Shown: positions 37,749-51,800 of the stretch, piece by piece | Position numbering within the stretch: position 1 is the stretch's first letter | Layout of the letters: the number at the start of each line of letters is the position of its first letter | NCBI GenBank assembly: GCA_965603825.1 | Contig: CBFDEM010000017.1 | Coordinates: forward strand, 310,001-374,000 | Reading direction: 5' to 3' | Origin: Blepharisma stoltei ATCC 30299 | Lineage: Eukaryota > Protista > Ciliophora | DNA length: 64,000 nucleotides | Notes under the pieces: generated by a model | The model's database searches: none | The model's input: the letters and a program-made list of their open reading frames with translations, nothing else | Told to the model about the DNA's origin: nothing | Position numbers and translations under genes: made by a program

Positions 37749-39389
37749 ATGCAGTCACTGAAAAGAACACACACAATTACTCAAGGTTGTGTTTACAGCA
37801 AAATTGCTTCGTCATATGCTTTAATGCTTGCCTTTAACGATCCATTCGGAGATTCTTTAGGCATTCCTACAAGAGTAGCTACAATTTTTCCAGAACTTGA
37901 CATATCAAAACTGAAAATTCGATTTAAAATAAACTCAATCTTGACAGGCATATTAAGTGTCATCATTCTTGTTCTCTCTATTGTTGAAAATGAATCCTAT
38001 TATTATAATGATTTTAAGTCAACTACGAATATAAATCTTCTCAGGGCAATCATCATAGCGCTAAATGCCTGACTTATAAGCTTTGTTATCCAATATTACT
38101 CGATAAAACTGCATCTTTCAAAGGCTTACCGAGAATGTCATATTAATAGCCAGTTATGAGATATCCCAATAAGAAACTGAATGATATTTGAAATATTCAT
38201 TTGTTTTCCTGCCACACCTCCCTATTTGGATTGAAGTTTTGAAGTCCACGAATTGAATACCTATGCATTGCTTTCTATAGATGATATTATCCTTGGCATT
38301 TCATTTATCAAGCTTTATTTTGTGTTCAAAATGATTTATGAGACCTCTTATTACAGCTCGCAAAAAGCTGAAATTATATGGTAACAATTATATAGCAACT
38401 TGGAGAACGTGAGAGATTTTATGATTTTTTCGTTAAAAACTCAGTTAAAGACAAAGCCTTATCATTCGATTTGTTTTCTTTTTACTATTATTATGATATC
38501 AGCGGGATTTTTGTTGAGAATTTTTGAGAGGACGTTGGAAGACAGCGATTTTGGGTTTATATGGAATGGATTTTCTTTGGTAGGATTTACAGAGTTAACA
38601 GTAGGCTATGGTGATGTAGTTCCAGGTACCCATATTGGAAGATTTATTATAGTTTTGATAAATTTTCTTGGTGTATTCATAGTTTCGTCTACTGTGCTAT
38701 CTGTAGAACACGAGCTCATCTTCAGCAGAAAAGAAATGGATTTTTATGAAAAAAAAATTTACAATCATTGTGTGAAGAAAAAATTGACACCTTACGCTTT
38801 GGGATTAATTATAAAATGATGGGCATTAAAGAAAAAAAGAAGAGCTAAAGAGCCTAGATGACACGAATTTTTAGTTTTTCATATACAGCTTAAAAGATTT
38901 TCATTGGTGAGGAAGTGTGCACAAGGAGAGAGAAACCATTCGCTTAGAGAAAATATTGTAAATTTCGATAAAAAATATGCTACGAATCTACCAAAATTTT
39001 TAAAATATCTGCAGCCGTTAAAAAGAAACTTGAAGCCAATGAAAAAGATTATGAAGCAGGAAATTCAATTAACCGAAAAAATTCTAAAAATGAAATGAAA
39101 TATTTACAATTTTCAGAAGCATACTATGGGAAATGCTTTAGAAGTTAAAGTGAGGCGATCATCATTTGATTTATCACCAAGCTCTTCTAGAAATGAAATT
39201 GATAAAGAGAGTTTAAGGCATAACCAAACTTTGAAAGTTGAAAGCAGAAATGAATCAACAAAAAAGAGATTCACTATGATGGCAGGCTCTATAATACATC
39301 CTATTATAGCGACAAAATCCAATAGAAAACCATTGGATTTGAATGGGGACATATCTAAAAATGAATACTATGATACCAAAGGCACATAA
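37749..39389 (+). CDS. SK/IK-like 6-TM potassium channel with one micro-intron
   Basis: Four track ORFs in one frame, joined by TGA=W and intron 38381-38395. LLRIFER, TVGYGD filter, P.THIGR. Confidence 0.88.
38381..38395 (+). other. 15 nt intron GTAACAATTATATAG
   Basis: Retention gives TGG TAA. Removal gives AEIIC-NLENV. Confidence 0.9.
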
Positions 39390-39536
39390 ATTTTGTTCTT
39401 ATATTAATAAAGTTATTCAAAATTGCTTATATGCCAAATAGCTTCAAAACAAATAAGTTGGACATTAAAATTTTAAACTGTACAGGTAAAAAATCTAAAA
39501 TTTAATAGAATAAAATTATTTATTATAATTATTTGT

Positions 39537-40562
39537 CTAAAATTGAAGTTTCGGCTTTGAATAATACTCCTTCCCACCTTCTCCATAATCTCCTGATGCA
39601 TTTCTATTATGCCTTGACTCATATTCATAATCAGAATACTTTGGCTTATCTTCGTACTCTCCTTCATTACTTCCATAGTTTTCTCTTCCTCCTTCATAGT
39701 TGCCTACATCCCCTTCTCTATTTTCTTCATCTTTCCCTTTTCTTTGCAAATTTGCAATATTTCCTTTTAACTCTTTTATTTTCAAAATTTTTAATTGGCA
39801 CTCCTGGTCTTTTTCTCTCAATTTTTTTTTTAATCCCAAATCTTCATCTTGAAGTGCTTTCAGGCTATTTTCAGCTTCTATTATATATCGTTTTCCTTTA
39901 GCTTCTTCAGTCGCTATGGCTTTATTAAGGACGTCTTGTTTTCTTTTTAGTTCAGTTAACTCATCTTCTTCTTGAGTTTTCGATTTAACTTTTGGTGTTT
40001 TCCCTGAGGCTTCTCTTATTCTTGACTCAAGGGCAATCATTCTTTTGTGGTCTTCAAGCCACCTTGCCTCTTCTGATTTCATAGTTTCATTGACCTCTCG
40101 GTATTCATCTTTAGCTTCTTTTATTTCTTCTCGAAGTCTGCTGATCTTATCAGCAACAGTTTGTCCAGTGCTTATAGTTTCAATATGGTTTTCTTGGTCT
40201 TTTTGAAGTTTTAAAAGAGTTTGCTGCTCAGCTTCTGCTTGCTTTAGTTGGTTTTTGAGATATTTTAACTCATTTTCAATCTCTGCTGTGCTGGAATCAG
40301 AATTTGCAGTAATTTGGACTTTTAAGGATGAACGCTCATTTTTAAGTTTTTTAATTTTTGAGTGCAAAATTTGGAGTTCTCGGTCTTCAGAGTCTGAACT
40401 GAAGTTAGGACGTTGCGCTTGGATGCTTGCTTGCTTTTGATTATTCATAGCAGTTTGCAAAGCACCTCTTAGCTGTGAAAGCTCAGATTTAAGGTTTTCG
40501 TTTTGCTGCTTCAGCTTCTGAACTGCTATTTTTGGGTCTAAGTGTGTAGCGGTTTCTGCCAT
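39537..40562 (-). CDS. Hypothetical long coiled-coil protein with G/E/Y-rich tail
   Basis: 341 aa uninterrupted heptad-rich ORF. Confidence 0.8.
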   Translation of the reverse strand: MAETATHLDPKIAVQKLKQQNENLKSELSQLRGALQTAMNNQKQASIQAQRPNFSSDSEDRELQILHSKIKKLKNERSSLKVQITANSDSSTAEIENELKYLKNQLKQAEAEQQTLLKLQKDQENHIETISTGQTVADKISRLREEIKEAKDEYREVNETMKSEEARWLEDHKRMIALESRIREASGKTPKVKSKTQEEDELTELKRKQDVLNKAIATEEAKGKRYIIEAENSLKALQDEDLGLKKKLREKDQECQLKILKIKELKGNIANLQRKGKDEENREGDVGNYEGGRENYGSNEGEYEDKPKYSDYEYESRHNRNASGDYGEGGKEYYSKPKLQF

Positions 40563-41368
40563 TTTATCTATGCAATCGAATTATTTATCATTAAAATGCA
40601 GTAAATATTACAGAAGAGAAACCGTTTTCAGGCCATTTTAGTCAATATTTACTTCAAGCTTCTAAATAAAGCATAACAATAAATAGACTTATATTAAATA
40701 GAAATTGGTTAAAATTTCTAATATAATCTCTCAAGGATGTTTATTTTGAGTTATTGGTAAGAGGTAAATAAAGAAAATTTAATTAAATATTTATTTAAAG
40801 TCTGGCTATTTAAGTATAAATTTATTGAAAAAATCTATCATAATTTCATTCATTTAGTTTCTTATTTTTATTTTATACCTCCCCGAATAATTGAAAAATA
40901 CTCTTCGTGCGTCAAATCTCTTTTTGCAAAAATAAGCTAAAATAAAGAATCTTTTAAAAGAATGAGAGCCTCAATTTGTTCAAAGAATATTCAAAAATAA
41001 ATTTTTCTTAATGCTTTTTTAACCTTTTTAAATAATTTATTTCTTATGGTATAATGGTGCACATCAGTGATTATTCTTATTAAATTTTAAAGCCAATAAA
41101 TTCGTTAAGGCAGTTTCATCGCTTTACTTAGACATTTGATCCCATCAGAAAAAAGTCTTTCTAAACTACCTTTTGCATCATAAATCTTGTATCCTTATCA
41201 TAAACTGACGATTATTTAATTTATCTCTCCAACTCAGGCTTTACTTATTTTCCATCCAATCGCCTTAAATCCACCTTCCTTCATTCTTTTCTTCCAAAAT
41301 TCTTGTTAATAAACCTTGCTTTTGTTTATCTTAAAATTTCATTTCCATAAAGTGCATAAAGGGTTTAA

Positions 41369-42358
41369 ATGATATCAATACCGAGTAAGCAGTCTCAGCA
41401 ATCTACATACCTAACCATTCGCCTAATAGAGGCAAAGCTTAAAAACAATGTAGCTCGATTAGGGAAAATGAGCCCTTACGCTGAAGTTCAATGTGGCGAG
41501 CAGATCTGGAAATCTCAAGCAGCAGCAGGCCAACATCTTGATCCTCACTGAAACCAGTCACATACTTTTATAGCTAAGGGTCTCTTTCCTTTTGAAGTCC
41601 GATTTTTACACAAATCTAGAATCTTTTCGGACGTTGAAATTGGAAAAGTCACTATAACCATTGATGAGTCAAGCCGCAAAAAAGGTGCTAGTTGATGGAA
41701 TTTAGCAGATGCTTCTGGACGAGTCCTCTTGTGTTACATCTGAGAAGAAGCTACAGAACCTCCTAACTCTGAGATAGATTATCGTAAACTAATACACGAA
41801 GTTGAATTGGAAAAGGAAGAAGTCAAATATTACAAGAAAAAAACACAGCGAAAATTATGAAATTTAAAAATTGAGAGCAACTCATGCAAAAAGCACATAA
41901 AAAGAATTACAACGACAGAAGAGAGCACACATTCGTCCACAGAAGACCTAAATTTAAAAAGTCCAAGGACCAGCATAGGGAGAACTTCAACTAAAATTGA
42001 CAAAATCAGAGAAGAGCGAGAGAAAGTCAGGGGTGAGTACAAAATGATGATGGAAATAAAGAAAAAAGCCAGCAGAGAGTATGAAGAACTTATGAAAAAT
42101 AAAGTCATAATGCAAAGAGAAATGAAGCATAAAGGAGTGCCTAGAAACAGCTCAGAAGAAAGGAAAGGGGTAAAAGAAGAAATGCTAAATGAAGCCCATG
42201 AAATAAACCAGGTGAAAATGACACTAAAAGTGAAAGAAACTATAATAGAAGAAGATACACATACAATTATGGATATGCTTGGGCAAATACAAAAAGAAAG
42301 AGCAGAACTTGAGCTGAGAAAGAGTATAGTGAGTTTTGATGAGTTGGAAAACATATAA
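41369..42358 (+). CDS. C2-domain plus coiled-coil protein
   Basis: LTIRLIEAKL, MSPYAEV, DPH-W(TGA)-NQ and DVEIG are C2 landmarks. Open through four TGA into ORF 42044..42358. Confidence 0.8.
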
Positions 42359-42466
42359 GAGTAGTCAGTGTATAATCTTGATTGTGATAATTTAAAGTAA
42401 TAATATCATATATGAAAGAAAGTGGATGAGGTTCTGATGACTAATAGTTAAACGTTAAATTTTAAA

Positions 42467-42841
42467 ATGAAAATTTTAGTGATATTTATAGCAGGGGTAT
42501 TCTCAATTAGATTAAGCAATTTACCTCAAAATAGCATTGAAATTGAAAACACAAATGTTGAAGAATATTTAGAATTTACAGATGCAGGTGAAAACTTAGA
42601 AGACGGTTGGGAAGATGAAGATATCCTTTATTTTTTCATTGGTGCATTTGTATGCTGCGTCATTTGCTTGATTTGTGTGGCTTTTACATCATCATTAAGC
42701 AAGCAAGCTAAATATTATCTTATTGATGCAAGAATACGGTATCAAAACAGAAAAACATTAGAAAAATACAACAGACTTCCTCGAAAGCTCGAAATTCCCC
42801 AAGAAAACACAATTTTTGAAAACCCTTTTACTCCAATTTAA
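42467..42841 (+). CDS. Small single-pass membrane protein with signal peptide
   Basis: Hydrophobic leader, acidic ectodomain and Cys-rich TM segment. Confidence 0.7.
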   Translation: MKILVIFIAGVFSIRLSNLPQNSIEIENTNVEEYLEFTDAGENLEDGWEDEDILYFFIGAFVCCVICLICVAFTSSLSKQAKYYLIDARIRYQNRKTLEKYNRLPRKLEIPQENTIFENPFTPI

Positions 42842-42849
42842 CTATAATT

Positions 42850-45800
42850 TTAATCATTAAGTTGGCATACAAAAGCAGCTCCTTTTAATATCCAATAGCT
42901 TGGCTTTTGTGAGTTTGGGCAATCAATAAAAATAACAAAATTTGTTGAGTGCCCTGTTGTGGATAACACTCCAGCTCTAGCTGATGTTTTATAAACAGGC
43001 ACCGGGCAGTCGTCAGTTTCTACAGATTTATTATTCACAGGCACAAATAGAATTATAGGCACTTTTGTAAACATTTCTCCAGGTCTGGAATCTTGCAGCT
43101 CCATATACTCCATATCCCACCTGCATCCTTCAGCAAAGAGCCCATAAATGTAAACTCCTTCTTCAGGCTTTTCTTCTATGTAATCTGGATCAGTGTACTG
43201 CTGAAATTCATATGCAAACATTAAGGTGTCTATAGGAACATGATATTTTCTAGCATAAGATTGCAAAGCTGCAGTCAAAAACCCTTGGGGGAAGAAAAAG
43301 CAACTTATCCAAAAGGCGTTAGGAGGCCCAAGCTTAAGCCAAGTTCTGATAAAATTGGTTCTCGCTACTAAATCATCAACTCATATCCCTAGAGGCTTTA
43401 AGGAAGGATAAGCGACTTTTTGCCATAGATGAGGAACTTGGTTATTTAAAATGCTAACATACGTCAAATCCAACTCATCACTCATCAGTGCAAGTCCACG
43501 AATTGCTTTTCTTAAATCTTCTAATGATGCGCGAATAGACGATAACAGCTTATTGAATCTGGAAATTTCTTGCATCAGGAATGTAGCTAAAGCGTCCATC
43601 AGCCCATTTTTTTCTTTTGCAAACGTAATTGGCCCAGCTTCCGAAATTAGCAGCGGCCGTGGCAAAATTTCTAGGATTTGTTTAGCAATTTCATCAACAA
43701 TAGTATCCGATGGCTTCCCAAGTCTTCCTTTTTCTTTAGGCTGTATTGATAAAACTGTTAGCACTATAAGCTCTGATTCTTTTATTTGATAAGTAATGTT
43801 AGCATTTGGATGCATCCCAAAGATTTCTGGGTCATCTTCACTCGGAAGGGTTTTTACATATTGCTTAAAACCGTCTAGATTGTGAACTGTTGGGATTTTA
43901 TAAAGTTTTGATGGAGAAAAGGCATAATCATGCTCAAGGACTTCTACTGACACAAATGAGCTCAAAATGCTATTAAGGGTTCTCCTGTCAATAGAATCAG
44001 TTACTCGGCCTCCATAAATAATTTCTCCAGTAATATATTTAATTGCATCTACAGGAATTGATTCTTCTTCAAGGAAAAGTGTGATCATTTCTATGGAAGT
44101 ATCAAAATCGCTTTCATTGAACTCATAGCTGACATTCCATCCTAAAGACCCAAACTTCAGTCTTTCTTTTACAACCCCATGGAAGAAGCACAAACTCATC
44201 AAAAACTTCCTCAATTCTTCTGGTTTTGCAGATTTCTCAATTTTTTCTTCTTGGATCATGCTGATCGACCGAAGCATATTTGATTTTAGCCCTTTTGGCT
44301 GCTCACTAGTCACTTTTGTGCCGTTCTGCAAAACAGCAACTGGGAAATAATCACATGGCATCGATGTTAAAAAGAGTCTGAAATCTTCGTGTGGCTGACT
44401 ATTAGTTTCGCCAATAATATAAACCAGCCTTTCTAGTTCTGGCATTCATGACTTAGCTAGATGACAATTTTGCAAGACAATTCATTTCCCTTCTCTTATT
44501 CCGTGCTCAATAAACCGTTTAGCTCTTTCTCCTTGGCCTTTTCCAAGCGAAATCACATCTAGTTTTTCATTCATCGATCTGATTTTCGCATATTTTTGAA
44601 TCATATTCATAGGGTCTCCGCCTGAACTCAATATAAAAATCAATGGGATTTTAGGTCGACTGTCTTGGAATAGCTCTTCAATAGAAATTTGGCTGGCTTG
44701 CAAAAATTCAGGCCCAAGATTTTCGTCAACAAATCGATTTACAAGTGTGAAAATTTTTTCTTCACGGAATGCTTTCATGAGGAGGAGTAAATGAAAAATG
44801 GATAAGTCGCTGTATGGAGCAGGAGGAGGAGCTGTGGTAGGATCGCCACAGTTTATCCATTCAAGCCATTGCAAAATGTCTTGATCGACGTATTTTCCGA
44901 GGACTTTGAATTTTTCACTGATATTTTGTAAACAGATCACAAAATTCCATGCTTTTTCAGAAATTCCTTCTGGTCGTCTGGGGCGGCCGTACTCTGGAGG
45001 TATTATGCTGGCTCCTCTCAAAAACAAGCTTCATTCAGCGTCTTCAATGTTTTTAGATAGTCTAGCAATTTTTGAAGCAATTAGGAAACTAAATATCAGC
45101 TTATGCCTATTGAATAGTCCTTTACAAATGCTTTGATATATAATAAAAGTGGTATTTTTTATGATAATTCTCAATCTCTCTTCTAAAATTTCTGTTTTCT
45201 CTGACTTTTCTATAATGTCATTAAAAAGCTTTGAAAAATATCTCAATGAATATTGATACATAGGATCAATAATAGCTAAATCAGCAATCACAAAATAAAG
45301 CACAGATCCTCTAATAGCAACAGGCTTATATTTTACTCTTGCATCTTCTATTAATTTTTTAGTAACCTCTGACTGTTTCACTCTATCATTAATTTCTTGT
45401 GCCAGCTGTTTAGAGCTCTTTAAAGTGTTTATCAGCTTTGCGTCGTCTAAAATATTTCCCTTTGTTTCTGATAAAGTGTTTAATATGCTGTCTTCTAACT
45501 GTTTAAGCTTTTTTTGGTCTTTTGCTATATCAATGATCAAGCTGACTTTTTGTTTTTCGATTTCTGGCTCTTCAATTCTTACAATTTCTGCCAATAACTG
45601 TTCTTCCAACCCTTCACTTGTGACAGTGAAATTAATGATGTTAACTTTGATAAAAGTTTCTGGCAAATAATGAGGGTTCGAAATTTTTGTTGTGATATAA
45701 AGTCTGAATTTCATGTCATAATCAATGTAATTGTCCCCAAATTTAATTTCAAACATGTTCTTCGTCCTCTCAACAATATTCATATGGAAAATAGAGTCCA

Positions 45801-48800
45801 GTGACGGATTCAGTGACTCTCCTACATCTTCTATTAGCATAGGCAGCCCATTCCTTAGACAAGCTTCTAGAGTTCTATTAAAATCTGATTCATAGTCTTT
45901 GGCTATTTTTATATTGTTTTGCTGCTCCATTTGTCTGATCCATCGATTAGCTTGCTCTTGAGGGTCAATCATAAGAGGCCACCTTTCTGACCTAGTTGCT
46001 AAAATTGCGTTATTTATTGATACTGAATCAGATGGCAAGGATGCTATATTTCATTCTCTTATTAAAAGAGGATATGCTAGAACATTAGCTAAATCAAACT
46101 CTTCTGAGAGCGGAATTTGTAAGCTTTGGCATTTTTTGATCCACATGCTAACGAGCTGGTTTCTAAATGAACCGGTAAATGGCCCGTAATAGCTGACACA
46201 GATAGCGGCCATTAAGGTATCGCCAATTAAATGGCTGAGTCTGTTATTTAATGTTTCGTATAGGCTTCCCCATCTGATTTGCTCTTCTTTTAAGCCATCG
46301 GTTAGTACAGAAGCTCTTGTAAGCCTGATCATGTCTGTCATAATCTGCTCCCCTAGCTTGTCTCTTTCGTTAATTACTTCTCGTAATGTATTTTCTAAGT
46401 CCTCGACTTTTTGCAGTTCAACTCGCAGCTTATCTCTTGCCACTCTGAGTCCTGACAGTGCATCTTCGAGAGCCTTATTCATTTTTTCTAACTTCAGTCG
46501 TTTTGGTGTGACTTCTTTTATAACCTTCGCATAATGTTCTATTGCAAATACCCATTGGCATAACGATTTTGATGACTGATTTTGTGATCCTACTCTATCT
46601 GGTGTGAAATTTGGGTTTGAGCTTATTTTATAGCGAAGCTTGTTGATAACCTGTGGCTTGATATCGTCTCTATTGAAATTTTTCAAAGTATCTATAAAAT
46701 TGCTATTCAGAAGCCTCTTTATTGAATCCCAGTCAGTTTTATGCTCTAAAATAATTGCAATTGCTTCTAAAGTATACACAACTAATGGTGGCGGGCTTGG
46801 AAAAGTTCGGATTTCTGTGATATCTTTAGGATTAATCGATTCAACTGCTTTTATTGCAGAGTCAAGCATCGGCATAACTCGTTGGAAATCAAACTCAGCT
46901 TCTTCTTGCAGCCTTTGAATTTCTTGTGTTTTTTGATTAACTTCTCGTTCTTCGTCCTCCACAACTCTTCTTACATTATTTGCCTCAATAGTATCTAGCT
47001 CAATTTTCTGAGCCAAAAGTTCGCTTTCTTTTTTCTTTGCTTCTAGAACTGGCTGAAGCTCTCTAAGCGTCTCTTGCATTTCTAGCACGTCTTTATGAGT
47101 TTTTTCTAGCTGTGACAACCCTTTAAGATATTTTGATTTGTCTAAACTGAGCTCTTCTTTTTTTGAGTAAAAAAGATTTTTAAAACATTTTATCATATCA
47201 AAATAAGATTTTGGGGTTACGTAGACATGGCGTGAGAGGGTTTGGTAAAATTCGTCAGCCACAGACTCTACTGAGGAATGGACAAAAACACAAGCTCTTG
47301 CAAGGGCGTTTTTCAGCCTGACCGCTTCATTGTGGTCTGACTCTGATATTTGTAAATCATACATCCTGCTTAATGACACATTTAATAATGCGTCTTCTCC
47401 CCATGGTGGGAATCATGAGATCGTGCAGCAGTTAACCAATGATGGGAACATTCTCATTCTAAGCCTAAAAGTTTGTCCTACAGGTGACATACACAAAACC
47501 ACATGCAGGTTTTCTCTTACCCTTTGAATAAAGAAATTATAAATGTTCTCTACGTGCATTTTATTTTTTTCCACAATATACCTGATGTCTTGTTCTACAA
47601 CGTCTAGTTCTTCTTTTGTGAAAAGATTTGGGATTTCTCCTGAGTTTAATAAGTTATTGATATCTTCTAAGAAAGATTCAGACACAATTTGATTGTCGTT
47701 TAGGATAAACACTGTAGGTGTAGGCTTAGCCCCTCCTGCTTGGATAAACAGCTTTTTTAAGTCTTCTCTAAATAAGGACAGCTTATACACTTTTGTGATG
47801 TGGATTTGGAAGACTGTGCAGTGGCATATATAAGCTGCTAGCTTAGTAAGACTTTGTTTGCCAGACCCGCTGAGTCCAACAAGCATCATGTTTCCTCTTG
47901 ACATCCTCAGAACTCTGCAGATTCTTAGCAGCTGCTCTAAAGCTTCTTGGAACATAACAATGTCAAGGCTATTAGATTTGTTCAAGTTATAGTTGACTAG
48001 AAACTCATGGACCTTTTTATTCAGAATTTGAGTGTTTGGGAATTCTTCGTACTCTCTTTCATTCATATCTAGATCTCCTCTATAAAAATCTCCAAAAAGC
48101 TTAGGAGAAACTTCATCCAATTCATCTAAGGAAATATTTTTTCTGAAGCATTGAATAAGCATTTTTACAATCGATTCTTTAAGCCAGTTTTTATCCTCAA
48201 TAGTCACAAGCCTGTCAGAAAAAACTCTTGAAGTCTCATGCACCCACAAGTTAATCATAGTGTCTTGATTTTTTATAGTTTTTGGCTTTATTTGCATAAG
48301 GCCTTGAAAAACTTTAGCAGCATCTCGCATATTGAAAATGTAATGAGATTTCGAAGGAGTTGGTAGTAGCTCTTTACTTATTGACTGATAAATCGTAGTT
48401 GTGCTTACAACTATTGCATTCGTAAGAGCAATAATTTCTGTTTTAAAACCATGGGCGAAAAATCCTTCTAAAATACTTTTGAAAATATATTGCAAATTAT
48501 CTTCACTTGTCTGAGGGATTGAAATTAAATGGAAATGCCGAGTAAACCGAGGGGATAATGGATGTCTGCCGCCTTCAGGTGGAGCTGCACAGCATATGAC
48601 AGTGGTATCAATAACTCTTAACTGATAATATTTAGATCTCTCATAGAAATACCCACCATCTATAAGTTGCCGTATTAATTCAATAGGTGGCTGTGCTCCG
48701 AATTCCTCAATGTTTGGCATATTGACATCATCAATCATGATAACTACTTTATTAATCCCTGGACCACCTAATAAGTCTTTCCTTTTCTGGTCAAGCTTGC

Positions 48801-51800
48801 TTACAATCGAATTTTGAGTAATCTGCACATTAGTCTGTGCAGAAAAAGTAAGGAAAATTGGATGCAGACTCATTTTTTCCTGCAAAATATTTATAGTATT
48901 TTTCACTAAAACTGATTTTCCAACTCCTGTTGGCCCAAGTAAAAACATAGGTTTTTGTGATATAATGTTAAGCTTCAATAGATACTCATATTTTACAGTA
49001 TCCACAGTCGGCACAAAAATTTCATTAAACGGCACATTAGGATTATACACAAATTGAGGACGAATTGAGTCCCAAGTTTTATACTCCCCACCTCTTTTAG
49101 AAGGATCTACAAAAGAATCATATAAAGACCCTTTTGGCAAGTCACTCCCTATTTCTGAGCTCATAACTTGGTCAAATCTTGAAGCGCTGCGTCCATCAAG
49201 CGCCCCTCCTAAGCTCCACGTTACACAGAACACAAACACTTTTTCAATGAATTTCTTAAAGCTTGGAAACTCATCATTCAGTCTTGGGCAATTTGCAGGG
49301 ACAAGCGCTTTAACTAATGAGCACAAATTCACGACCAAGCTGCTATCCATAGTATTAATATACTCATTAAGGTTTCTTCTTATATATTTCAATGATTTGT
49401 CCACATATAAAGATATAAGATAATCAATGTGGTCAATCTGCTCTGTATTCCAATTTTCCAAAGTCTTTAGCCACGATTTTACATATGGTTTCCAGCCTAC
49501 AGCTTCAATGTTCATATAAACCATCCCACATCTTGATACAGTTGCAGGTGATGCAGAAGCTAAATCTAGAACTTCAAATAAAACCCTCATTTCTTTGCGG
49601 AGCTTCATTCTTTCTCCGTTTCCTAAACAAAGCATCATATTGTCATCGAGGACAGTGTTCATATTTTCAATCCATAAAGAGTCGACAGGTCCATCAAAAA
49701 TGATTCATTGGTAGTTTGTGTCCTCTCGCTTGGAGTATTCACGCATTATATGGCTTCCTACACCGTCTTTTCAGTCCTGAGTGGCATCATTGTACTCTCC
49801 AAAAAGCTCACCCATAGACAAAGCTTTAGGGTTTATGACAGTATATGAAACTTTTTGATACTCTTCTTGATCTGAGTTATGCTTGATCCGTAAATTGGTT
49901 ATTGCGTTGGCTAGTGTTTTATAGCATTCTGTTTTACCAGAAATTGCTGGGCCTACCAACATAGCTCCAAATCTGACTGAAATAGTTTCATAGAGCTGAA
50001 TGACTTTTTCTATAAAAGTAGGGACAGGTTGCAGGCCTTGCTCTTGGATGCATTCATGGATAGACTGCTCTAGAAGACCATATTGCAGCTTAGGTATTGC
50101 AATTCCTGGAAATAAATCTTGAACAATAGCATCAAACAGATCTAAATCGTCTTTCAAAAACTTCGGGACATTGGAATCTCTCATGGCGCGGATTAGTACA
50201 ACTGATTCGTCTAGTTTGGGTTCTTTTCTTTTGAGCTGTCCAGCCATGTTTAATACACTTTTTACTGCTCTCATTCCAAAATCATAGTGGTCTTGCTGTG
50301 AGAGCTGCTCTGAGCTTAGTTTGTAGAGCTTTGTCATTTTTCCAGAGAGTTCTTTCGCATTGCTAAATCCTTCAGCAAATAGCATGATTTCTGCTATTAA
50401 AGTATAATCAGGAAGCATCATTGAGACAGGTCTGAAAAGGACTTTTAAGTTATCAGGAAGTTCAGTTCTTCCTACATAGTCTGGATTCATTGTAATAAAA
50501 ACTCCCATAGACTGAACTAAAGGAATGTTATATTCCTCGAACAAAAAATCGCTTTTATTCTCTAGCTTAGCATGCTTTATAGATCTCAACTGAGACGCTA
50601 TCACTGATAAAACTTCTATATCAATACGATTAAATTCATCCAAGCAAGTCCATGATCCTGTATAGCAAAGCCCCATGAACAGCTTCTGTGTCATAAGAAA
50701 AGTCACTTGTTCTGAGCAATTAAACACAACACAATACCTGCCCAAAGCTTTAGCTAGATCTTTAGTAGACTCAGTTTTCCCCGTCCCTGCAGGTCCAGCA
50801 GGAGCAGCTCCCATCTTGATATGTAAAGCGCTTGTGATTGTGATCCAACATCTATCAGTGAGAGGGGTAATTACTAATCGTGAATAGGCTCCTAAATACT
50901 CATATCCATATAAAAAGCTTGCATTTACCTGCTTAATTGTGGTGTCTTCTGAGTCTATATCCCAGTTATATCTTAGCTGTTGTAGCCATTTGAAGTCGTG
51001 AATGCTTATTAGCTCGTCTTCTTCTTTTATAGATTCTACAATGTCACGATTATGAACTGTTTGGGTAATTAATGCCACTGTTGTTCGGCGCTGAAGAAGA
51101 GTCAGATCAGTGCTGACAATTCTTATGAGTTCCATCAGTTGAGCCATCATTGCGTCATAATGCTCGCGAACTGCATGGTGTGAATGAGAAATTGCGTCTT
51201 GGGTGTTAGAGCATCATATGATCATATCGACCACACAAACAATTTGTGTGGGAGTTCGCAAGATTCAGTCTTTTCTTCGGACAGGGGAGTATGATCGTAA
51301 AGCTTCTCTGATTTCTGACTTTATTGAAATTTTCATAGCTTTTTCAAGGTTTTCAAGCCAGTCTTCAACTCTGGATTTAATTTTGGTGTTTCTTGGCAAA
51401 AATATGACCTCTCCTTCCCCAGATTTCATAGCTTCAATATCGTCTGGATTAGATTGAGAAAATTGCAATGAATAAATCCCATCAAACATATTCCTCAAGC
51501 TTAGCTGGATTATCCCAGGATTCTGAGAGTTCGATAGAATAGTGATCAGTTCTTCATTCGAAATAAAGAAAAATCGTGAGAAAATCCTTCTTTTCTTATC
51601 CAAATATTCTTCAAGATCTCTCTGCAGTACTTCTAAGGTCTTATTCCAAGCCTGCAATTTTTGTAAAGTCCCTTCAATAGTAGCTGCTTGTAGTGCCAAA
51701 GGATATTGATAAGTAGACTTCATGAGTTCTTTAAACTGGACATTTACCTGATTGAATTTTTTTGTTTTATCGTGCATTTGTCTTGCAATGTCTTGTGATG

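Noticed and set aside
29660-41368. Longer AT-rich spacers (29660-30850, 36418-37748, 40563-41368) as hidden elements, ncRNAs or CRISPR-like arrays
   Set aside because: No repeats, terminal inverted repeats, credible ORFs or RNA motifs were visible by eye.
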